A model generated the notes under the pieces. The model saw only the letters and a program-made list of their open reading frames with translations. It was not told the DNA's origin and made no database searches. A DNA stretch of 64,000 bases. Origin: Scyliorhinus canicula. Lineage: Eukaryota. Positions 24,525 to 36,279 of the stretch are shown in pieces (position 1 is the first letter of the stretch; every line of letters begins with the position of its first letter). The position numbers and the translations under genes were made by a program. The stretch spans positions 116,674,085 to 116,738,084 of the forward strand of contig NC_052162.1 in NCBI RefSeq assembly GCF_902713615.1, in the 5' to 3' direction.

Positions 24525-25283
24525 ATGGACAGACTGTGGAAATGTGAGGACTGTGGGAAGGGATACGGAGCCCCATCTGCACTAGAGGCTCATCGGCGCA
24601 TTCACACTGGGGAGAGGCCATTCAGCTGCTCTCAGTGTGGGAAGTCATTCACTCAGTTATCCCACCTGCGGACACACCAGCGATTTCACACTGGGGAGAG
24701 GCCATTCACATGCTCCCAGTGTGGGAAGGGATTCAGTGATTCCTCCACCCTGCACAGACATCAGGCAGTTCACACTGGCAGGAAGCCGTTCACCTGCGCT
24801 CAGTGTGGGAAGGGATTCACTCAGCTATTCCCGCTGCAGACACACCAGCGAGTTCACACTGGGGAGAAGCCGTTCTCCTGCTCTCAGTGTGGGAAGGGAT
24901 TCAGATATTCATCCAACCTGCAGGCACACCAGAGAGTTCACACTGGGGAGAGGCCATTCAACTGCTCTCAGTGTGGGAAGGGATTTACTCAGTTGTCCAA
25001 CCTGGAGACACACCTGAGAGTTCACACTGGGGAGAAGCCATTCACCTGTTCTCAGTGTGGGAAGGGATTCAGTGTTTTATCCAGCCTTCAGAGGCATCAA
25101 CGGGTTCATACTGGGGAGAAGCCGTTCACCTGCTCTCAGTGTGGGAAGGGATTCATTCAGCAATCCAACCTGCAGAGACACCAGCAAATTCACACTGGGG
25201 AGAGGCTGTTCACCTGTTCTCGATGTGGGAAGGGATTTTGTGTTTCAACACATCTGCTGAGACATCAACAAGTTCACAATTGA
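24525..25283 (+). CDS. C2H2 ZNF copy 3, intact, 9 fingers, no effector domain
   Basis: MDRLWKCEDCGKG...LLRHQQVHN*. Acceptor ttccAG|GATATT at 24170/24171. Confidence 0.9.
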   Translation: MDRLWKCEDCGKGYGAPSALEAHRRIHTGERPFSCSQCGKSFTQLSHLRTHQRFHTGERPFTCSQCGKGFSDSSTLHRHQAVHTGRKPFTCAQCGKGFTQLFPLQTHQRVHTGEKPFSCSQCGKGFRYSSNLQAHQRVHTGERPFNCSQCGKGFTQLSNLETHLRVHTGEKPFTCSQCGKGFSVLSSLQRHQRVHTGEKPFTCSQCGKGFIQQSNLQRHQQIHTGERLFTCSRCGKGFCVSTHLLRHQQVHN

Positions 25284-25736
25284 TGACGGGTTGGATTCTG
25301 CTGTTCTTGTTTCTCCTCTCAATTACCTCGAGGACTGCATTTTGTTCATTCTGGCAGTTGGTCAGTGGGGGTGGTTGGAAGGTTTCTTTCTACTGGACAC
25401 TCCGGTTTTACATCTTTGCCTCCAGTGGGTTGATGATATTCAAAACTTGTTGTGAATACCAGGCTTTAAATTGCACAATAAAAGGATCACAGAGTGAAAG
25501 GGCTTTTGGAAGTTCAAAAATATATAATTCCCATTTCTGTTTGGAATCCCCTAAATCATGCCATGTTGCCATGAAGATGGACTGTGGTGGTTATGTGTCT
25601 CTTTTGTTTAATGTATCTCGGTGCTTCTCACAGAAGAAAACTATCAGGGTATGAGGGGCAAGTTGTCTGAGGTGGACAGGGAAACTGTTGGGAGGTAGGG
25701 AATAGCTAATAGTTAAGGAATTATTACATATTACAA

Positions 25737-25950
25737 GGGCCAGTTAGCTCAGTTAGCTGGATGGCTGGTTTGTGATGCGGAGCGACTCTAACAACATGGA
25801 TTCAACTCCCATATCGGTGGAGGTTATCCATGAACCTTGCCCCTCATCTGAGGTGTGGTGACCCTCAGGTTAAATCACCACCAGTCAGCTCTCTCTCTCT
25901 CTCAAAGGGGAGAGCAGCCTATGGTCCTCTGGGCCATTGGTGACATTCAT
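25737..25950 (+). mobile_element. tRNA-derived SINE, second family (also ~52975-53165, 46085-46300(-), 41630-41760)
   Basis: gttagctcagtt(a/g)gctgg A-box, g(a/g)ttcaa B-box, shared aggtgtggtgaccctcaggttaaatcaccac body. Confidence 0.7.
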
Positions 25951-26130
25951 TTATTTTTTAAAATAAATTTCGAGCACCCAATTTGTTTTTTCCAATTAAG
26001 GGGCAATTTGGCGTGGCCAATTGACCTCCTCTGCATATCTTTTTGGGTTGTGGGAGTGAGACCCAGGCAGACACTGGGAGAATGTTCAACGGTGACTTTC
26101 ATTTCACATGAATGCAACAAATCTCAATTC

Positions 26131-27735
26131 TTTTTTTAAAAAATAATATTTTATTGAGGTTTTTGAAATTTTTTATTACAGCAACAACAGTAACATTAAC
26201 AATGACATCAACATGGTAAAATAAACATCCCCCCCCCCCCCCCCCAGTCATACAACACCCTTGGAATATTGCATCTGCTGACAGTTTAATTTTCCCCGAG
26301 AAAGTCGACAAACGGCTGCCACCTCCGGGTGAACCCTAACATTGACCCTCTTAAGGCAAACTTTATTTTCTCAAGACTGAGAAACCCAGCCATGTCACTA
26401 ACCCAGGTCTCTACACTCAGGGGCTTTGAGTCCGTCCACATTAACAAGATCCGTCTCGGGGCTACCAGGGAGGTAAAGGCCAAGACGTCGGCCTCTTTCA
26501 CTCCCTGAACTCCCGTAACTTCCGACACTCCAAAGATCGCTTCCTCTGGACTCGGCACCACCTGTGTTTTTAGCACCGTGGACGTTGCCTTCACAAAATC
26601 CTGCCAAAACCCTCTAAGCTTCGGGCATGCCCAAAACATGTGGATATCATTTGCTGGGCTTCCTGCCCACCTCGCACACCTATCCTCAACCCCGAAGAAT
26701 TTACTCATCCCAGCCGCTGTCATGTGTGCCCAGTGGACTACCTTAAATTGTATCAGGCTAAGCCTGGCGCACGATGAGGTATTAACCCTGCTTAGGCCAT
26801 CCGCCCATAGCCCCGCCTCTATCTGTCCTCGTAGCTTGTCCTCCCACTTGCCCTTAAGCTCCTCCACCTGAGTTTCCTCCGCCTCCAAAAGCTCCAGGGC
26901 TGGTTTAGCTCACCAGGCTAAATCGCTGGCTTGTAAAGCAGACCAGCAGCACGGTTCGATTCCCGTACCAGCCTCCCTGGACATGCGCCGGAATGTGGCG
27001 ACTAGGGGCTTTTCACAGTAACTTCTTGAAGCCTACTCATGATAATAAGTGATTTTCATTTCATTTCATTCATATCCGATAACTTCCCCTCTCCCACCCA
27101 GGGACTGGAAACTATCCTATATCCCCCGTGGCAGCAGCAGCGGAAAAACCGGCACCTGTTTCCTCAGGAAGTCTCGCACCTGCAAATACCTAAAACCATT
27201 CCTGGTTGGCAATTTAAATTTGTCCTCCAAAGTTTCAATCTGGGGAAGCTTCCGTCTATAAATAGATCCCCCATTCTTCTAATTCCTACCCTCTGCCAAC
27301 TCCGGACGACCTGCCATCTAGCCTACCCGGTACAAACCTGTGGTTATTACAAATTGGGTCCAAATCAATGCTCCCTCCCCTCTCATATCTCCTCCATTGC
27401 TCCCAGATCCTCAGAGCCGCCAATACCACCGGACTTGTGGAGTATCGGGCCGGCGAGAACGTCAGAGATGCTGTTACCAATGCTCCCAGACTGGTGTCTT
27501 TGCATGTCGCTGCTCCATCCACTCCCATGCTGATCCCCCAATACCCACTTCCTAATCATGGCTATTAGTCGCCCAGTAGTAATTGCAGAAGTTCGGCAGC
27601 GCCAATCACCCTCCTCCCGACTGTGCTCCAGCAACACTTTCCTCACTCGCGGGGTTTACTCGCCAAAAACAAAGCCCAAAATAATCTTATTCACCTGCTT
27701 GAAAAAGGCCTTTGGGATGTAGGTGGGGAGGTTGT
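26131..27735 (-). mobile_element. L1-clade LINE 3' fragment containing a SINE (26896-27071)
   Basis: RLSLIQFKVVH...HMFWACP...RWQPFVDF and poly(A) at ~26131. The SINE has a (tttca)n tail. Confidence 0.85.
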
Positions 27736-28014
27736 GGGAATTCCACAAGAATTACTGTCAAAGAAGGAGCCAGAGGGTTATGCTGCTACAGACTGATCAC
27801 CCACATGAAGTTGTAAAAGTCAATGTCTTAAAGTTGTTCAGTAAATCATTTTAATTGAATAAACCTCTTTTTAAATTTACTATCCAGAGAATTCTGCCTT
27901 TGACTTAATTGGTTAAAGTCTAATCTGAACCAAAGTGAATTTATTAAATGGTCAATTGGGGGTGGCTGAAATCTATTAAATTCCAGATAACAAAATCAGA
28001 TAACAGAAATCTTG

Positions 28015-28372
28015 AATTAAAAAACTTGCATTTCTATAGCGCCTTTCACAACCACGAAATGTCCCAAAGTGCTGCAAAGTCCCAAAGCACCCAATGAAGT
28101 TTAGTCATTGTTGTAATGTCGGAAACACAGCACCAATTTACACACAGCAAGATCCCACACACAGCAATGTGATAATGAGCAGATGATTTGTTTTTAGTGA
28201 TGTTGACTGAGGGATAAATATTGACCAGGACACTGGGGAAAACTCTCCTCTTCTTCAAAATAGTGGCTGTGGGAACTTTTACACCCACCTGAGAGGGGCA
28301 GACAGGGCCTCAGTTTAACATCTTATTTGAAAGAAGGCTGTTCTGACCGTGCAGCACTCCCTCAGTGCTGGG
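28015..28372 (-). mobile_element. DeuSINE (SacSINE1/AmnSINE1-related) fragment
   Basis: Minus strand has ctgagggagtgctgcac...gtgtcctggtcaatatttatccctc...gaaaggcgctatagaaatgcaag, recalled as the Deu core and L2-like tail. Confidence 0.75.
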
Positions 28373-29359
28373 ACCAGGAATGTTGGATGTAACAATACAA
28401 ATTTAGAAAGGGAAAGTTACCTTTTAAAATCCCCACCCTTTCCCTCCAGTACCTAAATCTAATAATAAAAACTCAGTATAAATAACATGGGCTTGACTGA
28501 CAAATGTTGAAGACTCAGTTTAGAGCCACAAGTTTTAACTTCCCATTTGAACCTTGGGCATCTTTCTGTGTCTATTGCTCGTGTCAATGACAGCTAGGAG
28601 ACAGAGCTGAGGGCTGAATTTAGCTGAGAATAACGGGGCCTGGGCCCCAGTTGGGAAACTGCCATGGGCATTGCACTAATAGAGACAGGAAGGTGCTGGA
28701 GGACTGACTGGGAAATGGGCCTCCAACCAATTGTTATATTGGCACTCGGACGTAAAGAGAAACCCGTCTCTTTAAATACATATACAGGGAAGAGGCTGCA
28801 ATGAAATCTGTCCCTTTTAACCTGCACAAAAGCAGGAGGCTCAATTCACAAGCTGTAGGAGGAGTCCATTGAGCATATCGTGCCCCTGCTAGCTCATTCA
28901 AAGGATTCTCTGATTCATCCAACTGCTCTGCACTCTCCCCACAGCCCTGCAAATTCCTCCCTTTCAAGTATTTCTCCTTTGGAAAGATACTATTCAATCA
29001 GCTTACAGGCAGATCAGAACTTACTGTGTCAATAAATTAAATTAAATCTCATCTCCCCCTCTGGTTCCTCTGCCAAAATGGATCTCCAACCAATTGTTAT
29101 ATCGGTCAGAGGGACTCACTTTCTGTTAAAGAGCCTGTCAACCCCTCTCACCCACATTCCCTAAAGTGCATCAATTTAATCATGAAAAGTTCAGAAAAAT
29201 CTAATATTTTTACTGATAAAAGTTTGTTAACGAAACAGAACATGGTTAAAAAAACGCATACTGACTTGAGGATCAAAGACAACCAGAGTAAAAGGATGTT
29301 CACAATGTTCTGGATACAAATAGTTTCTCTTTAACTCCTCTGTACCCTGTTCCCTGCCC

Positions 29360-32300
29360 TTTCTTTATACAAAATCTTTATATTGGCATTTTCAATATTG
29401 TACACGTTGCCGTTCGTTTTCATTTATTGCACAGTCACAAAGGTTTCTTCTTGGGTTTCTCTATTTACAGACCGTCGCCGTCTGGCTCAACGTACAATCC
29501 TCCCTACTCACCCCACCTGCTGCCCGCCCAACCAACCCCCAGCTCCCCTCTCCCTGACCCCCCCCTCCCCACAGCACCCCTCTCTCTGACCTGCCGCTCC
29601 CTCGCAGCTCCTCTCCCCCTGACCTCCCCCTCCCTCCCAGCTCCCCTCTCCCTGACCCCTCCCAGCTCCTCTCTCCCTGACCCCTCTCCCTCGCAGCTCC
29701 TCTCCCCCTGACCTCCCCCTTCCTCCCACCTCCCCTCTCCTCGACCCCCCTCCCCTCAGCTCCCCTCTCCCTGACCCCCCTCCCCTCAGCACCCCTCTCC
29801 CTGACCCCCTCCCTCAGCTCCCCTCTCCGAGACCGCCCTCCCCCGGCTCCTCTCTCCCTGACCCGTTCCCCTCAGCTCCCCTCTCCCTGACCCCCCTCCC
29901 CTCAGCTCCCCTCTCTGAGACCCCCCTCACCCAGCTCCTCTCTCCCTGACCCCCCCTCATCCCAGCCCTCCTCTCCCTGACCCCCCTCCCTCCCAGCTCC
30001 CCTCTCCCTGACCCCCTCTCCCTCCCAGCTCCCCTCTCCCTGACCTCCCTCCCAGCTCCCCTCTCCCTGACCCCCCCTCCCAGCTCCCTCTCCCTGACCC
30101 CCCTCCCTCCCAGCACTCCTCTCCGACCCCCCTCCCTCCCAGCTCCCCTCTCCCTGACCCCCCCTCCCTCCCAGCTCTCCTCTCCCTGACCCCCTCCCTC
30201 CCAGCTCCCCTCTCCCTGACCCCCCCCCCTCCCTCCCAGCTCCCCTCTCCCTGACCCCCCTCCATCCCAGCTCCCCTCTCCCTGACCCCCCTCCCCCAGC
30301 TCCCCTCTCCGACCCCCCTCCCTCCCAGCTCCCCTCTCCTTGACCCCCCCTCCCTCCCAGCTCCCCTCTCCCTGACCCCCCCTCCCTCCCAGCTCCCCTC
30401 TCCCTGACCCCCCCTCCCTCCCAGCTCCCCTCTCCCTGACCCCCCCTCCCTCCCAGCTCGCCTCTCCCTGACCCCCCTCCCTCCCAGCTCCCCTCTCCCT
30501 GACCCCCCTCCCTCCCAGCTCCCTCTCCCTGACCCCCTCCCTCCCAGCTCCCCTCTCCCTGACCCCCCTCCCTCCCAGCTCTCCTCTCCCTGACCCCCTC
30601 CCTCCCAGCTCCCCTCTCACTGACCCCCCTCCCTCCTAGCTCCCTTCTCCCTGAGCCCCTTCCCTCCCAGCTCCTCTCTCCCTGACCCCCCTCCCTCCAG
30701 CTCCCCTCTCCCTGACCCCCCTCCCTCCCAGCTCCCCTCTCCCTGACCCCCCTGCCTCCCAGCTCCCCTCTCCCTGACCCCCCCTCCCTCCCAGCTCCCC
30801 TCTCCCTGACCCCCCCCCTCCCAGCTCCCCTCTCCCTGACCCCCTTCCTTCCCAGCTCCCCTCTCCCTGAACTCCCTCCCTCCCAGCTCCCCCTCCCTGA
30901 CCCCCCTCCTCCTCTACCCAGCTCCCCTCTCCCTGCCCCCCTCCCTCCCAGCTCCCCTCTCCCTGACCCCGCTCCTCTCCCCAGCTCCCCTCTCCCTGCC
31001 CCCCCTCCCTCCCAGCTCTCCTCTCCCTGACCCCCCCTCCCTCCCAGCTCCCCTCTCCCTCACCCCCCTCCCTCCCAGCTCCCCTCTCCCCTCACCCTCA
31101 CCCCCCTAGCTAGCTGTGTAACTCCCCCCATTGTACTCCCGTGAGTCAGCTGACACCTGCTGACCCCAGCCTGTCCTGCCACACCATTGACCCCCCCCCC
31201 CAGTGAAACACTGCCCCTCCCCTCCCCGCCCACAAGCTGGCTCACCTTCCCTTTCCGGTCCCAGTGCGGGAAAAAGCCCGCGCTTCCAACTCCAGCCCCG
31301 CCCCCTCCCCTTCAACCCTTAGTGCGGGAAAAAGCCGGCGCTTTCCACTCACCCGGCCCCGCCTCCTCTAGCGCAGCTCCCCTTTCAGGCCCAGTCTCAC
31401 TATCCCCATCCCTGGCCACCCCCCACCCCCCGTGAGGCTCCATCAACCCCTGCCGACCATCAACCCCCCCAGCTATTTGCCTAACCCCCTTCACGAGCCC
31501 ATCTGGCGGGCCTGAACAATGCCCCATCAACCGCCCAAAGAACAACAAAAAAGAACCACCCTCAGAACATAACCCAGCAATCCCCAACCATCCCCCAACC
31601 CTCAGTCAGAGTCCAGTTTTTCGGCCTGAACAAAAGCCCAGGCCTCCTTTGGGGACTCAAAATAATGATGTTGGTCCTTGTGGGTGACGCACAGATGCGC
31701 CGGCTGTAGCCAAACTTCACCCCTCTCCTGTACAGCACCGCCTTCGCCCGGTTGTACCCGGCCGTCTTCTTCACCACCTCCGCACTCCAATCCTGGTAGA
31801 TCCGGACCTCTGCATTCTCTCACCTGCTGCTCCGCTCCTTCTTGGCCCACCTTAGCACACACTCTCGATCAGGAAACCGGTGGAACCGCACCAGCATCGC
31901 CCATGGGCCCCCTCCTGCTCCAAGGGCCCCTGGAAGGCCCCCGCTCCCATCAGCGAATTCAACAGGGTGACCACGTAGGCCCCCATGTCCGATCCCTCCA
32001 GCCCCTCCGGGAGGCCCAGGATCCGCAGATTCTTCCACCTCGACCAGTTCTCCATTTCCTCGAACCTCGCCTGCCATTTCTTGTGGAGCGCCTCGTGCGC
32101 TTCCACCTTCACCGCCAGGCTTAGGATCTCATCCTCGTTCTCCGAGGCCTTTTGCCGGACCTCCCGGATCGCCGCCCCTTGGGCCGTTTGGGTCTCCAGG
32201 AGCTTGTCGAATGAGGCCTTCAGCGGTTCCAGCAGCTCTGCCTTGAGCTCCCTAAAGCAGTGCTGGAGCAGCTCCTGCTGCTCCTGCGGCCATTGCATTC

Positions 32301-32552
32301 ACGCTGCCTGGTCACCGCCCACCGTCATCTTGGTCCTCCTCCCTCGCACCATTCTCTGCACCAATGCCACTTTTTAAATCGTCCCGCTCCTGGTCCAATC
32401 CATACACCAGCAGGGAAATGTTACTGTTCCCTTTCCACACCGGGAAAAGTTGAACAAGCGCCGTAGCGGGCCCTGAAAAGAACCCAAAAGTCCTGTGCTA
32501 GCCGGAGCTGCCGAACGTGCGACTTAGCTCTACATAGCTGCAACCGGAAGTC
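29360..32552 (-). mobile_element. L1-clade element with 5' end, ORF1 and 3' end but no ORF2
   Basis: 5' gacttccggttgcagctatg and ORF1 pieces (NLRILGLPEG, VRFHRF.DRECVLRWA, YNRAKAVLYRRGVKFG) at ~31600-32330. The 3' tail gaaaatgccaatataaag...aaagaa resembles other L1 tails here. Confidence 0.7.
29535..31100 (-). repeat. ~30-bp G-rich minisatellite (~50 copies)
   Basis: Unit ccctcccagctcccctctccctgacccc(c)n, with extreme strand skew. Confidence 0.95.
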
Positions 32553-33264
32553 TTCTATTCACTCCCTCTACAATCGACATACAGTGGGAGCAGTGTGTAC
32601 CATAAACAAGATGCACTGCAACTCGGCCAGGTTCCTTCAACAGCACCTTCCAAACCCCCAACCTCTGCCACTTGGAAGGAAAAGGGCAGTAAATGCACGG
32701 GGGCACCACTGCCTGCAAGTTCCCCTCCAAGCCACACACCATCCTGACTTGGAACTATATCGCAAGACATCCCTCATCACAATGCAGAGAACCTTATTGT
32801 CTGATGTTGCATTCCAGGTGTTTTTCACATCCAACAAACTCTTTCTTCCTCAGCAACCATATGCTGCTTTGTCCATTACCTCTTGTGGGAGGGTTTTTAC
32901 AGTCCCAAAATAGGGAACCCTCCTTGAAGATCTTTTTACAAAAACACCTCTAATTCATCATCAGACAATGAAGGTGCTCTGCATTGTGATCAGGCATGTC
33001 TAGTTCTATGCCCACCAAGAGATAGGAAATCCCCTTAAATACTAACTACAGTCTTTAAAAGCTGGAACAGTCAATTATTTCCTATACCAGTGATCTCGAA
33101 TAACAGTATGCTGGACGTAATTAACATTGGAAGGCCAATGGTGGGCTGCCTCTGCCACCACAAAACACCCGCGGGGGGAGCAGAAAATCCCACCCACTGT
33201 GTCCATAGCTGGAAAATATAGATAGACACTGACCACTCGGTCCCGAGTTACTGACCATGATCCG

Positions 33265-33562
33265 ATCATGGTCTCTGCCACCTCCGCCCAGGCCCGGTTG
33301 ACATCTGTGGGTGACAACCTCCTTCCCACCTCGGGGAACAGCGTGCCCCACCTCTCCTCCATGGCATCCAGTAAAAGCTCGAGCTCTGTATCTGTGAATC
33401 TCGGGGCCTGCTTTGGAATTGCACTAGTGCCACGTGGTGTGAGTGCTGCCACATTAGCATGTCCTAAATGGCTCCGGCAGTCACGCCCCCATCAGGACCG
33501 GGGAACACCTCCCATTCAGTCCTGGTGTCTACACTTAGCCTCTCAAACAGAGAATTCTGCCC
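33265..33562 (-). mobile_element. PIF/Harbinger remnant: TIR plus truncated Myb/SANT-like DNA-binding ORF (second copy ~37600-37897)
   Basis: APRFTDTELELLLDAMEERWGTLF...RAWAEVAE; gggcagaattctc terminus at 33562. Confidence 0.75.
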
Positions 33563-33836
33563 CTTGTTCTTTGCTTCCTGACTTGATTCTCTAAATTGGG
33601 GAATTGTGGTCCCTGTGACATCACACTGTCGGGTATGATGCTATTGTGACAGAGTTCCGTGTTGTCATGGTACCCACCATGTTTGTTTACATCATCCCAC
33701 ATCACCCGTTTCCATAGTTACCCAGTTTAACTCGCTGTTGACAGAATCTTTCCCATTGATTTGGTGTTCTACCTGCCAATTGCTCAGACAGAAAACGATT
33801 GCTAAGAGTGAACATTATATCCAGGCACTCAGAACA

Positions 33837-34572
33837 ATGATCGTGACTACGTGGATTATATATTGTTGGGCAAATGGTAAAATTCATGGAGCAGTTCATT
33901 CTGTTTCTGTCGCAAAGATTGATGAAGTGACTACTGGAGAAATTGAAGAAATTATCTCCGGTGGAGATCAGGAACAATGTGTCAACGGTCAAAATACCTC
34001 AGCTGCTGTTGTGTTTGCAGAGGAGATCGAAGTTGGAACCGAACAGCCAGAAGAGGAGCTGAACCTCCAGGCCCTCGTGACAGAGATCAAAGGTCAGCTG
34101 TTGTGGAGGAGGCTGATCCTGGTACCGAGCGGCCAGAATGACCAGCAGGATCTGGGAGTTTCCCTGGAGATCAGCCAAGGTGTGAGAGACAAGCGGCTCA
34201 CCTGAACCAATGGTTGAATCTCTGACTCCAGCTGTTAATCTTGATGACATTGAACTGCAGGAAGATAGCGTCAATGGCAGTAGTGATGTGGAAGATAGAT
34301 CTGCCGGTGAGGTCTCCTCTGTTGCCATCGATCATCATCCAGAGGACCAAGCCTCACCGCTCAGCAACACTGAGGGAGCCACTGTGGACAATACCCCAGC
34401 TGGAGCCGTTGCAAATTTCATAGATGATGAAGAAATGGACAGTATCGATCTGGAATCCTCGTCGGACACTGGGAGCTTCAGGTCCACCGGATTTTTATTT
34501 GTGCAATTCCCGAGCAGCAGTGAGAATGACTCACTGCTGAACAACATTGAGGGAGCCGTAATGGACAATACC
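33837..34572 (+). pseudogene. Unidentified acidic, coding-like exon (frameshifted; longer copy ~38172-39270)
   Basis: Long stop-poor D/E/S-rich reading in both copies; no family recognised. Confidence 0.4.
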
Positions 34573-35300
34573 TGTGTTACTGACTGTATCTATACTGATG
34601 TTAAATGTTATTCCAGCTTCCTCACACTGTCACTCAGTAACCCCACCCCCCAGCACCCTGTGTTACTGAGTGTATCTCTGCTCATATTAATGGAGCTCCC
34701 TCACACCATCACTGAGTAACCCCACCCCCCAGCACCCTGTGTTACTGACTGTATCTATACTGATATTAATGGAGCTCCCTCACACCGTCACTGAGTAACC
34801 CCACCCCCCAGCACCCTGTGTTACTGAGTGTATCTATACTGATATTAATGGAGCTCCCTCACACCGTCACTCAGTAACCCCACCCCCCAGCACCCTGTGT
34901 TACTGAGTGTATCTATACTGATATTAATGGAGCTCCCTCACACCGTCACTGAGTAACCCCACCCCCCAGCACCCTGTGTTACTGAGTGTATCTGTGCTGA
35001 TATTAATGGAGCTCGCTCACACCATCACTGAGTAACCCCACCCCCCAGCACCCTGTGTTACTGAGTGTATCTATACTGATATTAATGGAGCACCCTCACA
35101 CCGTCACTGAGTAACCCCACCCCCCAGCACCCTGTGTTACTGAGTGTATCTGTGCTGATATTAATGGAGCTCGCTCACACCATCACTGAGTAACCCCACC
35201 CCCCAGCACCCTGTGTTACTGAGTGTATCTGTACTGATATTAATGGAGCTCCCTCACACTGTCACTCAGTAACCCCTCTCCTACAGTGTCCTGTGTTACT
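34572..35300 (+). repeat. 79-bp minisatellite, ~9 copies
   Basis: attaatggagc recurs at 34686, 34765, 34844 and onward. Confidence 0.95.
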
Positions 35301-35589
35301 CAGCATGCCTAATTTTAATGGGACTAATTTTTGTCCCATTGCCCCATACTGCTGGATTTGTTCACTTCCACAAACCAGTTTCTCCAATTAGGGCATCAGC
35401 AGTCACAACTTTAAAACATATATTGAAAGTAAAAGGGTTGAAAAATTGAACAATTACAATAATCTATTCCAATTTAGAAGCAAATTGGATCTGAATAACG
35501 AGTCTGATTCTGTACCTTCAGTGCCCTCTACTGCCCAGTTCCTCAATGTTTCGTCATTCAGTCACTGAAGGTTTGGGTTGCCAAAGGTT

Positions 35590-36000
35590 ATGTTGCTGGG
35601 ACAGTAATTTGGAAAGCACAAATTTATGAGACATGAGTTCACATCCCACCATTGACGGCTACAATTGTGAAAATTACACTCCATTAATTTGTTATAAATT
35701 CTGGTATAAAAAGCTTGTATCAGTCATGGTGCAAAGGAAACTCCTGTTTTGTTAAACTAACACACCTGGTTCACTCATGGTCCTCTGAGGAAGGAAATCT
35801 ACCAGCCTTACCTGGTCTGGCCTGAGTGTGACTTCAAAGCAACAGTAAAGTGCTTGACTTTTAACTGCCCTCTGAAATGGCCGAGCAAGCCACTTAGTTG
35901 CAGGCAAGAAGGTGGCTCAACACCAACTTCTGAAGGGCAAATAGAGATGGGCAATACATATTGACTTTGCCAGTGATATTCATGTTCTGGGAATGAAGGC
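35590..36000 (+). mobile_element. SINE-like repeat (related copy at 55075-55430)
   Basis: Shared ctggttcact...gaaggaaatct...ccttacc...gtctggcc...gtgact body. Confidence 0.6.
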
Positions 36001-36279
36001 AAACAGTGAATTTGCGGGTGCGTTGTTGGTCAAATTGTTGATAGACAAGGCAGTCAAAGGTAATGGGGTGGGGGGTGTATGGCAAAGTGGAGTTAAGACC
36101 ACAACTGGATCAGTCATAGGCTCAAAGGGCTGAATGACCTACTTCTGCTCCTATGATTAGCCATGGTTGATGAACAGAGAGGCTGAATGGCCTATGTCAA
36201 ATTACTGAGAGGAGGGCGAGGAGAAATAATGGAAAAGGTGTCAAGTTTCCTGATTAGATGTTCTTTTTCCTACCGTTAG

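Larger units (their letters stand above)
32496..34572 (+). repeat. Segmental duplication copy A (copy B at 36819-38940)
   Basis: Co-linear near-identity from tgctagc to atggacaatacc. Confidence 0.95.

Noticed and set aside
29508-30620. Gly/Arg/Glu-rich ORFs
   Set aside because: Translations of the G-rich minisatellite.
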